DNA of 64,000 bases. Source: Bacteroidales bacterium (GTDB taxonomy: Bacteria; Bacteroidota; Bacteroidia; Bacteroidales; UBA12481). The position numbers and the translations under genes are program-made. The stretch lies in the NCBI GenBank assembly GCA_023145515.1, contig JAGLDP010000117.1, positions 1,736-65,735 of the forward strand, written 5' to 3'. This document shows positions 1 to 8,849 of the stretch, piece after piece; the first letter of the stretch is position 1; each line of letters starts with the position of its first letter. The notes under the pieces were generated by a model that was given only the letters and a program-made list of their open reading frames with translations, made no database searches and was not told the origin of the DNA.

Positions 1-504
1 AAACATATTTTTGCTTCTGAGAATAGACTTTTGATCCATTCCCGTTCCTGAAAGAGTTTCCTTTGTCATGCTGGATATTGGTGCCCCAATTAAATGAATG
101 GCTCCAACTTGCTCTTCAGCAAAAGGATCTTCCTTATAACCTGCCTTTTTGATATTCTTCTCATCGAAGGCATCACTGTCATAAATAATTATCCCATCCG
201 GCTTTGTCCAGTGGAAATTAGCTTTTAAAGCAGCCGGATTCATGGCTACTAACACATCACAATAATCCCCGGGGGTATTAATCTGTGTATGTCCGAAATG
301 TACCTGAAATCCGGATACTCCTCCAACAGTTCCTTGAGGAGCTCTAATCTCTGCCGGATAATCAGGAAATGTGGAAACATCATTTCCAAATAACGCAGAT
401 GTATCTGAAAATAAAGTTCCAGTTAATTGCATTCCGTCTCCAGAATCTCCGGAGAAGCGGATGGCCACCTCATCTATTTCAATGACCTTTACCTGTTTGC
501 TCAT
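1..504 (-). CDS. korA: 2-oxoacid:ferredoxin (acceptor) oxidoreductase alpha subunit, N-terminal part; the gene runs off the window edge
   Basis: Not in the ORF track. My minus-strand translation from the ATG at 504-502 gives MSKQVKVIEIDEVAIRFSGDSGDGMQLTGTLFSDTSALFGNDVSTFPDYPAEIRAPQGTVGGVSGFQVHFG..., open to position 1. FSGDSGDGMQLTG and PDYPAEIRAPQGT are N-terminal hallmarks of KorA/OorA-type subunits. Confidence 0.75.
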   Translation of the reverse strand, partial: MSKQVKVIEIDEVAIRFSGDSGDGMQLTGTLFSDTSALFGNDVSTFPDYPAEIRAPQGTVGGVSGFQVHFGHTQINTPGDYCDVLVAMNPAALKANFHWTKPDGIIIYDSDAFDEKNIKKAGYKEDPFAEEQVGAIHLIGAPISSMTKETLSGTGMDQKSILRSKNMF

Positions 505-783
505 AATTTTATGGCTCTATATTTTTTGGTTAAAAAAATCTCAGCTCAAAAGCATGGGCTACAAACAATACATTTCTTAGTCGTTTATAGCCCTCTGTAA
601 ACAATACATATCAACAATACAAAATTATATACATTTCTGGAAGCAAAACAATCAAGTTTAGTATTTTTTTAAAAAATCAATAACATGCTAATACCCTTAA
701 TACCAGGCTATTAGCTGAACATATTAACATATCTATCTAATTTGGAAGCTTTCTAAATGAATAAATAGTTAAAAATAAGCTAT

Positions 784-791
784 TACCTTTG
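784..791 (+). promoter_or_regulatory. -7 type promoter box TAccTTTG
   Basis: 24 nt upstream of ATG 816. Confidence 0.45.
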
Positions 792-815
792 CATAAGGCA
801 AGAGAATTATACGAC

Positions 816-1328
816 ATGGCACTGATAAAAACTGTACGGGGTTTGACTCCAAAAATTGGGACGAATTGCTATTTGGCAGAAAATGCGACCATCATTGGTG
901 ATGTTGAAATTGGTGATGATTGCAGCATTTGGTTTAATACTGTTATCAGAGGAGATGTCAATTGGGTCAGGATTGGAAATAAGGTCAATATTCAGGATGG
1001 TGCAGTTCTTCATACTCTATATAAAAAGTCAACTATAGTGATTGGGGATTCCGTTTCGATCGGACATAATGCAGTAATTCATGGTGCTAAAATTCACAAT
1101 CGGGTTTTGGTTGGTATCGGAGCAATTATCCTGGATCATGCCGAAATTGGGGAGAACTCAATAATCGCTGCTGGCGCTTTGATTAGGGATTCTACTATTG
1201 TTGAACCAAACAGTATTTATGCTGGGGTACCGGCTCGCAAAATAAAAGAGATTGATCCTGAACAAAGCCGTGAGATGATTGACAAGATTGCTAATAACTA
1301 TCTATTTTATGCGGGGTGGTACTCTTGA
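816..1328 (+). CDS. gamma carbonic anhydrase family / hexapeptide-repeat (left-handed beta-helix) protein
   Basis: ORF 789..1328. ATG 816 is preferred because the TTG at 789 lies inside a TAccTTTG promoter box. Hexapeptide pattern: IGDDCSIWFNTVIRGD, IGNKVNIQDGAVLH, IGDSVSIGHNAVIHG (YrdA/PaaY-like). Confidence 0.85.
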   Translation: MALIKTVRGLTPKIGTNCYLAENATIIGDVEIGDDCSIWFNTVIRGDVNWVRIGNKVNIQDGAVLHTLYKKSTIVIGDSVSIGHNAVIHGAKIHNRVLVGIGAIILDHAEIGENSIIAAGALIRDSTIVEPNSIYAGVPARKIKEIDPEQSREMIDKIANNYLFYAGWYS

Positions 1329-2090
1329 ATCCAGGGCATTTTCAACCATCATGTCTAAAACTGTACGGTTACCGCTTGAGAAAAATGCACTTTGAGGCTT
1401 CTCATTACCTGGGTTTAGCTCACCTACCTCCTCCAAAACCTTTCTCACTTGTCTGGCAACGGCTGGTGCCGGGTCATGAATTTGAATTTCTGGCGGAATA
1501 ATTTCGTGAATCAAAGGCAAGAGGAAGGGGTAATGAGTACATCCCAATACTAAGTGATCAATCCCCTCATCCACCATTGGCATCAAATATTTAATGAGTA
1601 GCTCTTTAGAATAATCTGATGTTGCTTTACCTTGTTCCACCAGCTCAACCAAACCTTCACCTATAGTCATTAATACTTCAACATTATTTGCATGCAGACC
1701 TTTGGTTCTGTTAAAGTGCTCTGTTTCGAAGGTATTAGCTGTAGCTAAAACTCCTATCTTCCCAGATTTAGAAGCTTTAGCAGCAGGTTTAATTGCTGGT
1801 TCCATACCCACGAAGGGTATAGAATAAGTATCTCTAAGATAGTTTATTGCAATACCAGTTGCTGTATTGCAAGCCACCACAATAAGCTTTGCACCCATAT
1901 TATTAAGAAACTCTGAAATATCATGTGAAAAACCGATCACTTGCTCGCTGCTCTTACTCCCATAAGGAGCATTGGCACTATCAGCATAATAGATCAAGGA
2001 TTCCCCGGGCAATTCAGCAATTATTTGGCGAACAACGCTCAGTCCTCCTACTCCTGAGTCAAAAATACCTATAGGGCTGTTTTTATCCAT
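1302..2090 (-). CDS. murI: glutamate racemase
   Basis: 262 aa. IGIFDSGVGGLSV, VVACNTAT and LGCTHYP are the two catalytic-Cys racemase motifs. The 3' end overlaps the convergent gene by 27 nt. Confidence 0.95.
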   Translation of the reverse strand: MDKNSPIGIFDSGVGGLSVVRQIIAELPGESLIYYADSANAPYGSKSSEQVIGFSHDISEFLNNMGAKLIVVACNTATGIAINYLRDTYSIPFVGMEPAIKPAAKASKSGKIGVLATANTFETEHFNRTKGLHANNVEVLMTIGEGLVELVEQGKATSDYSKELLIKYLMPMVDEGIDHLVLGCTHYPFLLPLIHEIIPPEIQIHDPAPAVARQVRKVLEEVGELNPGNEKPQSAFFSSGNRTVLDMMVENALDSRVPPRIK

Positions 2091-2093
2091 AAA

Positions 2094-2126
2094 AAAATCC
2101 TTGCCGAAAGGTACGACAAGGATTTT
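2094..2126 (-). terminator. hairpin plus U-tract downstream of skp, directly abutting the murI start codon
   Basis: Stem AAATCCTTG (2095-2103) / CAAGGATTT (2117-2125) with a 13-nt loop. On the minus strand it is followed by T residues and then the murI ATG at 2090. Confidence 0.5.
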
Positions 2127-2144
2127 ACTTATTAAAAATTCGTT

Positions 2145-2666
2145 CTATTCTAAACCCAGCTTTTTCTTAACAGCCAGTAAAATATTTTCAGATCCTTCTT
2201 CAGGGTAGTAAATAACTGCAGCTTGACTAAGATCCAGTATATATGTAAAACCCTGTTCAATAGCTACATCTTTAATTGCTTGTTGAGCACGTTCAATAAT
2301 TGGTTGGAACACCTCTTGATTGAATCGTTGTAATTCCTGATCAGCAGCAGCATTAAAAGTTTCAATACGATCTCTCAAATCACCTAATTCATTTTCTTTA
2401 GTTGAACGAATCAGTGGAGAAAGAGAGTCTTGTTTCATAAGGTAATCTTCATACTTCTTATTGAATTCAACCTGTAGTTCTTCAGACTGTCTAAGGAAAT
2501 CCTGGCGTTTCTGCTCAACCATAGTCATTGCGCTATCGCGTTCGGGCATTGCCATAATTAATTCGTTTGAATTAATATATCCAATCTTTTGCTGTGCGAC
2601 TCCATTCAAAACTGATCCTGCAGAAAGCAGTACTGTAAAGATCAGTGCTAAAACCATTTTCTTCAT
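2145..2666 (-). CDS. OmpH/Skp family periplasmic chaperone
   Basis: 173 aa with a signal peptide (MKKMVLALIFTVLLSAGS) and a Gln/Glu/Lys-rich helical body. It is the second of two such genes downstream of bamA. Confidence 0.85.
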   Translation of the reverse strand: MKKMVLALIFTVLLSAGSVLNGVAQQKIGYINSNELIMAMPERDSAMTMVEQKRQDFLRQSEELQVEFNKKYEDYLMKQDSLSPLIRSTKENELGDLRDRIETFNAAADQELQRFNQEVFQPIIERAQQAIKDVAIEQGFTYILDLSQAAVIYYPEEGSENILLAVKKKLGLE

Positions 2667-2729
2667 TCTAATTCTTTTTATTGTTAGGTCAGAACTAACT
2701 TGTTATGTGCTATTAAATTTAAAGGCTGG

Positions 2730-2737
2730 CAAATATA
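2730..2737 (-). promoter_or_regulatory. Bacteroidota -7 type promoter box TAtaTTTG (minus strand) ahead of the second skp gene
   Basis: + strand caaatata is TATATTTG on the minus strand, 64 nt upstream of the ATG at 2666. Confidence 0.4.
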
Positions 2738-2741
2738 AACA

Positions 2742-3257
2742 TTAATTACTAATTCCCATCTTTTCTAAAACCGCGTCACTCTTATCATACCGCGGATTAG
2801 TAAAGAGCATCGTTGCACCAGAGGCAGTATCAAAGATCACATCATAATTACCTTCAGTAGCTAATGCTTTAATTGCATTAAAAACCTGATCCTGGATTGG
2901 CTTGACCAGCTCCTGGCGTTTTTTAAAAAGTTGTCCTTCAGGAGCAAAGTAACTTTTTTGCAAATCTTTGACAGCTTTTTCACGAGTAATAATTTCATCC
3001 TCACGTTTGGTTCTCATATCCTCAGTCAGCAAAACCCTTTCAGCCTGGTAATTTTTATACAATTTCTCAACTTCTCCCATACTCGTTTCAACTTCCTTTT
3101 GCCACTCAGCTGAAAATTTATCGAGTTGTTTCTGAGCTGCCTCATAAGCAGGAATGCGACCCAGTATATATTCGGTATCCACAAAGGCAAATTTCTGGCC
3201 AAAGCCCATAGTTACACCCATAAGGGCGATCATCATTATCAAAAATATCTTTTTCAT
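2742..3257 (-). CDS. OmpH/Skp family periplasmic chaperone
   Basis: ORF 2742..3290. The internal ATG at 3257 gives a clean signal peptide (MKKIFLIMMIALMGVTMGFGQ). Coiled-coil-like body, immediately downstream of bamA. Confidence 0.85.
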   Translation of the reverse strand: MKKIFLIMMIALMGVTMGFGQKFAFVDTEYILGRIPAYEAAQKQLDKFSAEWQKEVETSMGEVEKLYKNYQAERVLLTEDMRTKREDEIITREKAVKDLQKSYFAPEGQLFKKRQELVKPIQDQVFNAIKALATEGNYDVIFDTASGATMLFTNPRYDKSDAVLEKMGISN

Positions 3258-3310
3258 AATCTCTATATTAATAATTCTAATAAGCTTCACAATAATTATA
3301 CCATAATACC

Positions 3311-5791
3311 TTATAGCTGTGGGCCTAGAACAAAGTGGAACTGACTTCCGTTCTTACCCGGGCTATTTGGCAAATCATCAAAACCATATCCCCAGTCAAC
3401 ACCCATCATCCCAAACATCGGGAGGAAAATCCTAACACCCAGGCCGGCAGATCTAACCATATTAAACGGGTTAAAGTCTTTAAACTCATACCAGGCATTA
3501 CCTGCTTCAAGAAATGCAAGTGCAAACAATGTGGCATTAGGGTTCAGTGATATTGGAAAGCGAAGCTCCATGGTAAATTTATCATACAAGTTTGCTCCTT
3601 TGGAAGGAGTAATAGATCCATTTCCATATCCTCTCATAGAGATAACATCCCTACCATAATAGCTATATCCCATCATGCCGTCTCCACCCACTTCAAATCC
3701 TTCAAAAGGAGATCGGGCATGCTCATTATAAAACCCCAGGTAGCCAAACTCAGCCTTAGTAGCAAGAACAAAATCTTTATCTTCTCCAACACTCCAAAGC
3801 TTAGTATACCAGCTGGCTTTGAATGTCCACTTATGATATTCTATCCACCTAAACCGATCCTCTTCAGTCATGGTACTATAATCCTTACCATTGAACAAAG
3901 AGTATGGTGGAGTAACTTGCAGGTTCATTGTGAAATTTGATCCTCGTCTGGGATAAATAATCTGGTCGGTTGAATTCCTGCCAAAAGTATTTGTGAGACT
4001 AAAATTATTACTAATCCCATTTTTAATCACAAAATAAGACCAATCGTCAAGCTTGTAGCGCTGAAAAGACAACTGGTTGAATAAGGTAAAAAAGTCATCT
4101 GGCCAGGCCAATCGTCGGCCTAATCCAACAGAGGCACCGGTTATTACCATTGCCTGTCGATTAGGATCCTCTGATTGTCGACCGTTTGTTTGTACTGTAT
4201 GATAAAGCGAGACTGATAAGGAGTTAGCTTTTTTCCCACCCAACCAAGGTTCAACAAAAGAGGCGCTATATGCTTGATAATACTTACCATTTGACTGAGC
4301 ACGAAGGCTCAGGTTTTGTCCGTCGCCTGAAGGTAATGGTCGCCAGGCATCCTTATTAAAAAGGTTTCTGGCCGAGAAATTACCGAATCTTACTCCCAGG
4401 GTTCCGATCACCATACCAGCGCCCCAACCACCAGAAATTTCAATTTGGTCATTAGCTCGCTCAACCAGTCTATATTCAATATCCACAGTTCCATCTTCCT
4501 GGTTTGGAGTTGGAATTGGATTAATTTGTTCAGCATCGAAGAACCCGAGTTGCGATAACTCTCTGACTGATCTCATAATATCAGAACGATTGAACAGGTC
4601 GCCTGGCTTGGATCGAATCTCGCGCCTTATCACATGTTCATTTGTACGATCGTTACCAACAATAGTAATTTTATTGATTCTGGCCTGAGGTCCTTCATAG
4701 ATACGAATCTCAATATCAATAGAATCACCCTCAACATTTACTTCTACAGGAATTGACTGATAAAAAAGATATCCAAAATCCAGATAGAAATTATTCACGG
4801 CATCCGGTTCATTAGACAAGCGATTATCAAGAAGTGTTTGATCAAAAACATTTCCTTTTTCTATTTTCAATTTCTCATTAAGAAATTCTGCAGAATACTT
4901 AGTATTACCTACCCATTCAATATTTCTGAAGAAATACTGTTTTCCTTCTTCAATCTTAACAATAAGGCCCACAGTACCATCATCATTTTTATATAGAGAA
5001 TCTCCAAGTATCCGTGCATCTCGGTACCCTAGTTCATTATACTCTATCAGAATATTATCCAAGTCATCATCAACGTTCTTGCTTATATATTTTGAAGTCT
5101 TAAAAACATTGTACCATGTTTTTTGTTTGGTTTCCTTCATTGACCGTCGCAGTTTCTTATCGGGCATAACTGTTGCACCTTCAAAAATGATCTCACGAAT
5201 CTTGACTTTCTCATTTTTGATTACGGCAATATCCAGCACTGAAGAATTGGCCATAACAGAATCTTCTCTCTGAGTGATTGACACTTCTGTATTTAGGTAG
5301 CCCTTATCTACAAAATGGTCAATAGTTATCCTTTTAGTTCTGCTAAGCAGATTGGATGTCACCTGACTTCCACGAATAAGGTTAACCTTTTCACGTAAAT
5401 CTTCAGCCTCAGTTTTGTTCACTCCTGAAAATGAGAATCTCGAAAGTCTGGGTTGTTCTTGCAAATAGATATCGATAAAAATCTTGCCATCCACAATTTT
5501 GGTGGCAGTTATTTGCACATCAGAAAATAATCCCTGGCTCCATAGTTTCTCCATAGATTCAGTAATCTTGGCACCAGGAACTTCGATAATGTCTCCAACT
5601 GCCAATCCGGACACTTGCGCTAACACGCTTTTCGACAGGTACTTAACCCCCGAAACAGTTATGCCGCCGATTTCATAATCATTCTTACCTGCGTAACTAA
5701 TGACCTTGTCAGGTTTAACGTCTTTAGTCTGTGCCCAGGCAGACCCAATAATAAGGCTTAACAGGAAGACAGTAAAAATCTTTCTCTTCAT
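3311..5791 (-). CDS. bamA: outer membrane protein assembly factor BamA (Omp85 family)
   Basis: 826 aa with a signal peptide, POTRA-like N-terminal repeats and a C-terminal beta-barrel ending GSQFHFVLGPQL. Conserved position between uppS and skp. Confidence 0.9.
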   Translation of the reverse strand: MKRKIFTVFLLSLIIGSAWAQTKDVKPDKVISYAGKNDYEIGGITVSGVKYLSKSVLAQVSGLAVGDIIEVPGAKITESMEKLWSQGLFSDVQITATKIVDGKIFIDIYLQEQPRLSRFSFSGVNKTEAEDLREKVNLIRGSQVTSNLLSRTKRITIDHFVDKGYLNTEVSITQREDSVMANSSVLDIAVIKNEKVKIREIIFEGATVMPDKKLRRSMKETKQKTWYNVFKTSKYISKNVDDDLDNILIEYNELGYRDARILGDSLYKNDDGTVGLIVKIEEGKQYFFRNIEWVGNTKYSAEFLNEKLKIEKGNVFDQTLLDNRLSNEPDAVNNFYLDFGYLFYQSIPVEVNVEGDSIDIEIRIYEGPQARINKITIVGNDRTNEHVIRREIRSKPGDLFNRSDIMRSVRELSQLGFFDAEQINPIPTPNQEDGTVDIEYRLVERANDQIEISGGWGAGMVIGTLGVRFGNFSARNLFNKDAWRPLPSGDGQNLSLRAQSNGKYYQAYSASFVEPWLGGKKANSLSVSLYHTVQTNGRQSEDPNRQAMVITGASVGLGRRLAWPDDFFTLFNQLSFQRYKLDDWSYFVIKNGISNNFSLTNTFGRNSTDQIIYPRRGSNFTMNLQVTPPYSLFNGKDYSTMTEEDRFRWIEYHKWTFKASWYTKLWSVGEDKDFVLATKAEFGYLGFYNEHARSPFEGFEVGGDGMMGYSYYGRDVISMRGYGNGSITPSKGANLYDKFTMELRFPISLNPNATLFALAFLEAGNAWYEFKDFNPFNMVRSAGLGVRIFLPMFGMMGVDWGYGFDDLPNSPGKNGSQFHFVLGPQL

Positions 5792-5805
5792 ACCATGTTT
5801 TGCTT

Positions 5806-6543
5806 TTAAAGTTGCTCACTAGTTTTCCCAAAACGTCGCTCACGGTTTTGAAACTCTAGTAAAGCAGCATAATAATCTTCTTTTCTAAAATCCGGCCACA
5901 GCTTAGGAGTAAAGTATAATTCAGCGTATGCTATTTGATAAAGGAGGAAATTACTAATTCGTTGCTCACCACTGGTTCTAATCAGCAGCTCAGGATCTGG
6001 AATATTTTTTGTTTCCAGATAATTGCCAAAAATTTCTTGTGTAAGATCTTCAGATTTGATTTTTCCAGCACTAGCTTCATCCATGATCGCTCTCACCGCT
6101 TTGAGTATTTCCCATCGGGAGCTGTATGACAAAGCCAAAACAAGATTCAAACCTGTGTTATTCTTGGTTTTCTCAATTAAGTGATCAATTTCTTTTCTAA
6201 TACTTTCTGGCAGCATTCCAACATCTCCAATCGTGTGTAACCTAACATTGTTCTTAACAAGTCTGGCTGTTTCATTTTTAACTGTAGCTACCAACAAACC
6301 CATCAAAGCCTTAACTTCTTCAACAGGTCGGCCCCAGTTTTCGGTTGAAAAAGCGTACAAGGTAAGATATTGAATACCCAGTTCTCCTGAAGCTTCTACA
6401 ACTTCTCTAACCGGAGTAACTCCACTACGGTGTCCAAGGACTCGGGCCACGCCCTTTTTCCTTGCCCAACGGCCGTTACCATCCATAATAATGGCAACAT
6501 GCTTTGGAAGCTTATCGGGATTCAGTTTTTCCTTCAGACTCAT
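5806..6543 (-). CDS. uppS: isoprenyl transferase (undecaprenyl diphosphate synthase)
   Basis: 245 aa. HVAIIMDGNGRWA and RTSGEQRISNFLLYQ are cis-prenyltransferase motifs. There is a 4-nt overlap with the upstream gene. Confidence 0.95.
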   Translation of the reverse strand: MSLKEKLNPDKLPKHVAIIMDGNGRWARKKGVARVLGHRSGVTPVREVVEASGELGIQYLTLYAFSTENWGRPVEEVKALMGLLVATVKNETARLVKNNVRLHTIGDVGMLPESIRKEIDHLIEKTKNNTGLNLVLALSYSSRWEILKAVRAIMDEASAGKIKSEDLTQEIFGNYLETKNIPDPELLIRTSGEQRISNFLLYQIAYAELYFTPKLWPDFRKEDYYAALLEFQNRERRFGKTSEQL

Positions 6544-7124
6544 CGATTCTTTTTCCTGTTCGATTCGTAAAACGGACAGGTTTTACAGGTTTTTATTATA
6601 TTATAGCTGGCAGTTACTCCAATGTGTGAATACCAGTTGCTAGGTAAAACATACGTATCAGTATCAGGATCAGCTCCGATAATTTTTCGTCGCAAATCCC
6701 ATTCCACACTAAAACCAATCCTTTCAGTTAACCGGTATTTAACACCAACATTGAATGCCATAACTGGTTCAATCTGGTATAATCCTAATCCGGCTGCCAC
6801 AAAGGTACTGACTTTTGGCTTTTCGAGGGTAGGATTTAGCGGTAAAAAATTAAACTCGAATAAACCATGGATATCCAGGGAGTTCAATCCTGCTCCTGTT
6901 GCCAATCCGTAATTAATCCCTCCTCTCAAGCCATACCTGGAATTGAGGTTGTATCGATAGAAAGCACCTATTGCCGGCATAACTGATCCAGCTTTCGGAA
7001 CAGGCATTATAGTCTGCAAGTGCTCTTGACTCATACCCAGAAAGAATCCATAATCGGTACTTTCCTGAGTTGAAGCAGAGCCAAATATTCCAAAAAAACC
7101 AAGTAACAGCAATAATCTTTTCAT
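6540..7124 (-). CDS. small outer-membrane beta-barrel protein (DUF6089-like)
   Basis: 194 aa with a signal peptide and alternating Gly/aromatic beta-strand pattern. It holds the conserved position between nadK and uppS. The family name is from memory of the synteny, not from a search. Confidence 0.6.
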   Translation of the reverse strand: MKRLLLLLGFFGIFGSASTQESTDYGFFLGMSQEHLQTIMPVPKAGSVMPAIGAFYRYNLNSRYGLRGGINYGLATGAGLNSLDIHGLFEFNFLPLNPTLEKPKVSTFVAAGLGLYQIEPVMAFNVGVKYRLTERIGFSVEWDLRRKIIGADPDTDTYVLPSNWYSHIGVTASYNIIKTCKTCPFYESNRKKNR

Positions 7125-7147
7125 CTACAATGCTCGCTAAAGTTAAT

Positions 7148-7162
7148 TGAATCAGTGATTCA
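7148..7162. promoter_or_regulatory. perfect 15-nt palindrome TGAATCAGTGATTCA in the leader of the DUF6089-uppS-bamA operon
   Basis: Read directly. It lies between a minus-strand TAtaTTTG box (7184..7191) and the ATG at 7124. It could be an operator or an RNA hairpin. Confidence 0.45.
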
Positions 7163-7183
7163 CTTACAATAACTTATAAAGCG

Positions 7184-7191
7184 CAAATATA
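7184..7191 (-). promoter_or_regulatory. Bacteroidota -7 type promoter box TAtaTTTG (minus strand)
   Basis: + strand caaatata is TATATTTG on the minus strand, 60 nt upstream of the DUF6089-like gene start. Confidence 0.45.
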
Positions 7192-7214
7192 GTATAATTT
7201 GCTGTTTAAAAATC

Positions 7215-8123
7215 TCAGTTTCTCTTGTCGACTCCCCACATCAACTTAGAGCGAAGTGTATTGTAAAAGCTATGATCATTGAGCCTTATTGTTAAAACCT
7301 TAAAAGGAGCTTTAGTAATTCTCAATTCCAGCCCTGTTTCCATAACAACTGAACGCGAATCCAGGGAGACTAACACCTTGCCACTACGTCCTTCCACGCG
7401 CAACTTCAACTCCATATTATCTGGAAACACTAAAGGCCTCACAGTCAGGTTATGTGGAGCGATAGGAGCTATAATAAAATCTCTAATACCCGGAAGCACA
7501 ATAGGTCCCCCAACACTCAGGGAGTATGCGGTTGATCCGGTTGGGGTTGATACTATTAAGCCATCTGCCCAATAAGTATTAAGGAATTCATCATTAAGAT
7601 ACGCATGGAGTTTGATCATTGATGAATCATCACGTTTATGAATAGTTATTTCATTTAGCGCAAAACTAAACTCCCCAAATAAGTCCTGATCAGATTTCAA
7701 CTCCAATAGTGTTCTTTCTTCTACCTTATACAAGCCTAACAATATAGAATCAAGAGCTTTAGAGATTGCTTCCTGGGCAATATCAGCCAAAAAGCCCAAT
7801 CTGCCAGCATTAATTCCGGCCACCGGTATCCCTTTATCCCTCACATAGCTAACAGCCTCCAAAAAAGTACCATCACCTCCAATGCTCAGCATAAAGTCAG
7901 CATCCTCGGGCAGATCTGCCGGTGAAGAAAAGGTTCCGTCAATTTCAAGTTTCTCATCAATCCATTCATTCACATATTCATAAAATGGATTAAAAATATA
8001 TACCCGTGCACCGTGCGAGGCTAATCTCGATAACAGTATCCGAAAGTGCAGTCTGAAAGCTTCTCCGAACGACCTGCCAAAGAGCAAGACACAAGATGTA
8101 TGAGGTTCCATATTTATTGACAT
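7215..8123 (-). CDS. nadK: NAD kinase
   Basis: 302 aa. GGDGTFL, the NEITI...S box and the TPTGSTAYSLSVGGPIV motif. The start could instead be the ATG at 8111. Confidence 0.9.
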   Translation of the reverse strand: MSINMEPHTSCVLLFGRSFGEAFRLHFRILLSRLASHGARVYIFNPFYEYVNEWIDEKLEIDGTFSSPADLPEDADFMLSIGGDGTFLEAVSYVRDKGIPVAGINAGRLGFLADIAQEAISKALDSILLGLYKVEERTLLELKSDQDLFGEFSFALNEITIHKRDDSSMIKLHAYLNDEFLNTYWADGLIVSTPTGSTAYSLSVGGPIVLPGIRDFIIAPIAPHNLTVRPLVFPDNMELKLRVEGRSGKVLVSLDSRSVVMETGLELRITKAPFKVLTIRLNDHSFYNTLRSKLMWGVDKRN

Positions 8124-8124
8124 A

Positions 8125-8790
8125 TCAAGTATTTAGATATCGCATAAACTCTTCATATTTACTTCGGTACATATCATCCAGCTCTGCATCATCCATAAAT
8201 TTTGCTCTGATATTGTAATCATATCGTTCAAATGAACGAATAATACTGCTCACATCAGTTTTATTTGTTTTAATTGTTACTTCTACTTGTGAGGTATCCA
8301 ATATGGTTACAACATTTGAGTTCAGAATTCGTGCATTATTTTCCTCAACGATTCTGGCTATTTCAGTTAGTGAATAATCATGAGCGGTCATACTAAAAAC
8401 CAAAATAGCCCCAGGCTGATCGGCAGATATTAAATGGGCAAACTGATCAACCAGCTCAGTCATAGTAATAACTCCAAGATAATCTTCCCCTTGATTTAAT
8501 ACAGGAATTACAGTCAGTTTCAGTCGATTAGCCAACTCAATCACCTCATACAGATGCTTATTTGCTTCAACAAAAGGACTGAAAAGTGAAAGGTGATGAT
8601 TTCCGATTGCCTCATCCGGGTTATCCAGAGCGTAAATATCTGTATCTGAAATTAATCCGAGAAAATCAGAATTATTCACAATTGGCATATGTGAAATTCT
8701 GAAATGATCCATCCAATTCAGCACCTGTGCCCCGCTGTCAGAAGTTTTAACAGCAGGAACAACATCCGATATGAGTTCCTTAGCCAACAT
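8125..8790 (-). CDS. CBS domain pair protein
   Basis: ORF 8125..8889. The internal ATG at 8790 (MLAKELISD...) avoids overlapping the divergent pdxJ gene and its promoter. Two CBS-like repeats (HMPIVNN.., TVIPVLNQGEDYLGVIT). Confidence 0.75.
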   Translation of the reverse strand: MLAKELISDVVPAVKTSDSGAQVLNWMDHFRISHMPIVNNSDFLGLISDTDIYALDNPDEAIGNHHLSLFSPFVEANKHLYEVIELANRLKLTVIPVLNQGEDYLGVITMTELVDQFAHLISADQPGAILVFSMTAHDYSLTEIARIVEENNARILNSNVVTILDTSQVEVTIKTNKTDVSSIIRSFERYDYNIRAKFMDDAELDDMYRSKYEEFMRYLNT

Positions 8791-8813
8791 ATATATACCT
8801 CGATAAATATCTC

Positions 8814-8821
8814 TAACTTTG
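8814..8821 (+). promoter_or_regulatory. -7 type promoter box TAacTTTG for pdxJ
   Basis: 28 nt upstream of ATG 8850. Confidence 0.4.
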
Positions 8822-8849
8822 TAAAGGTAAACGAATGAAAGGAGAATAA

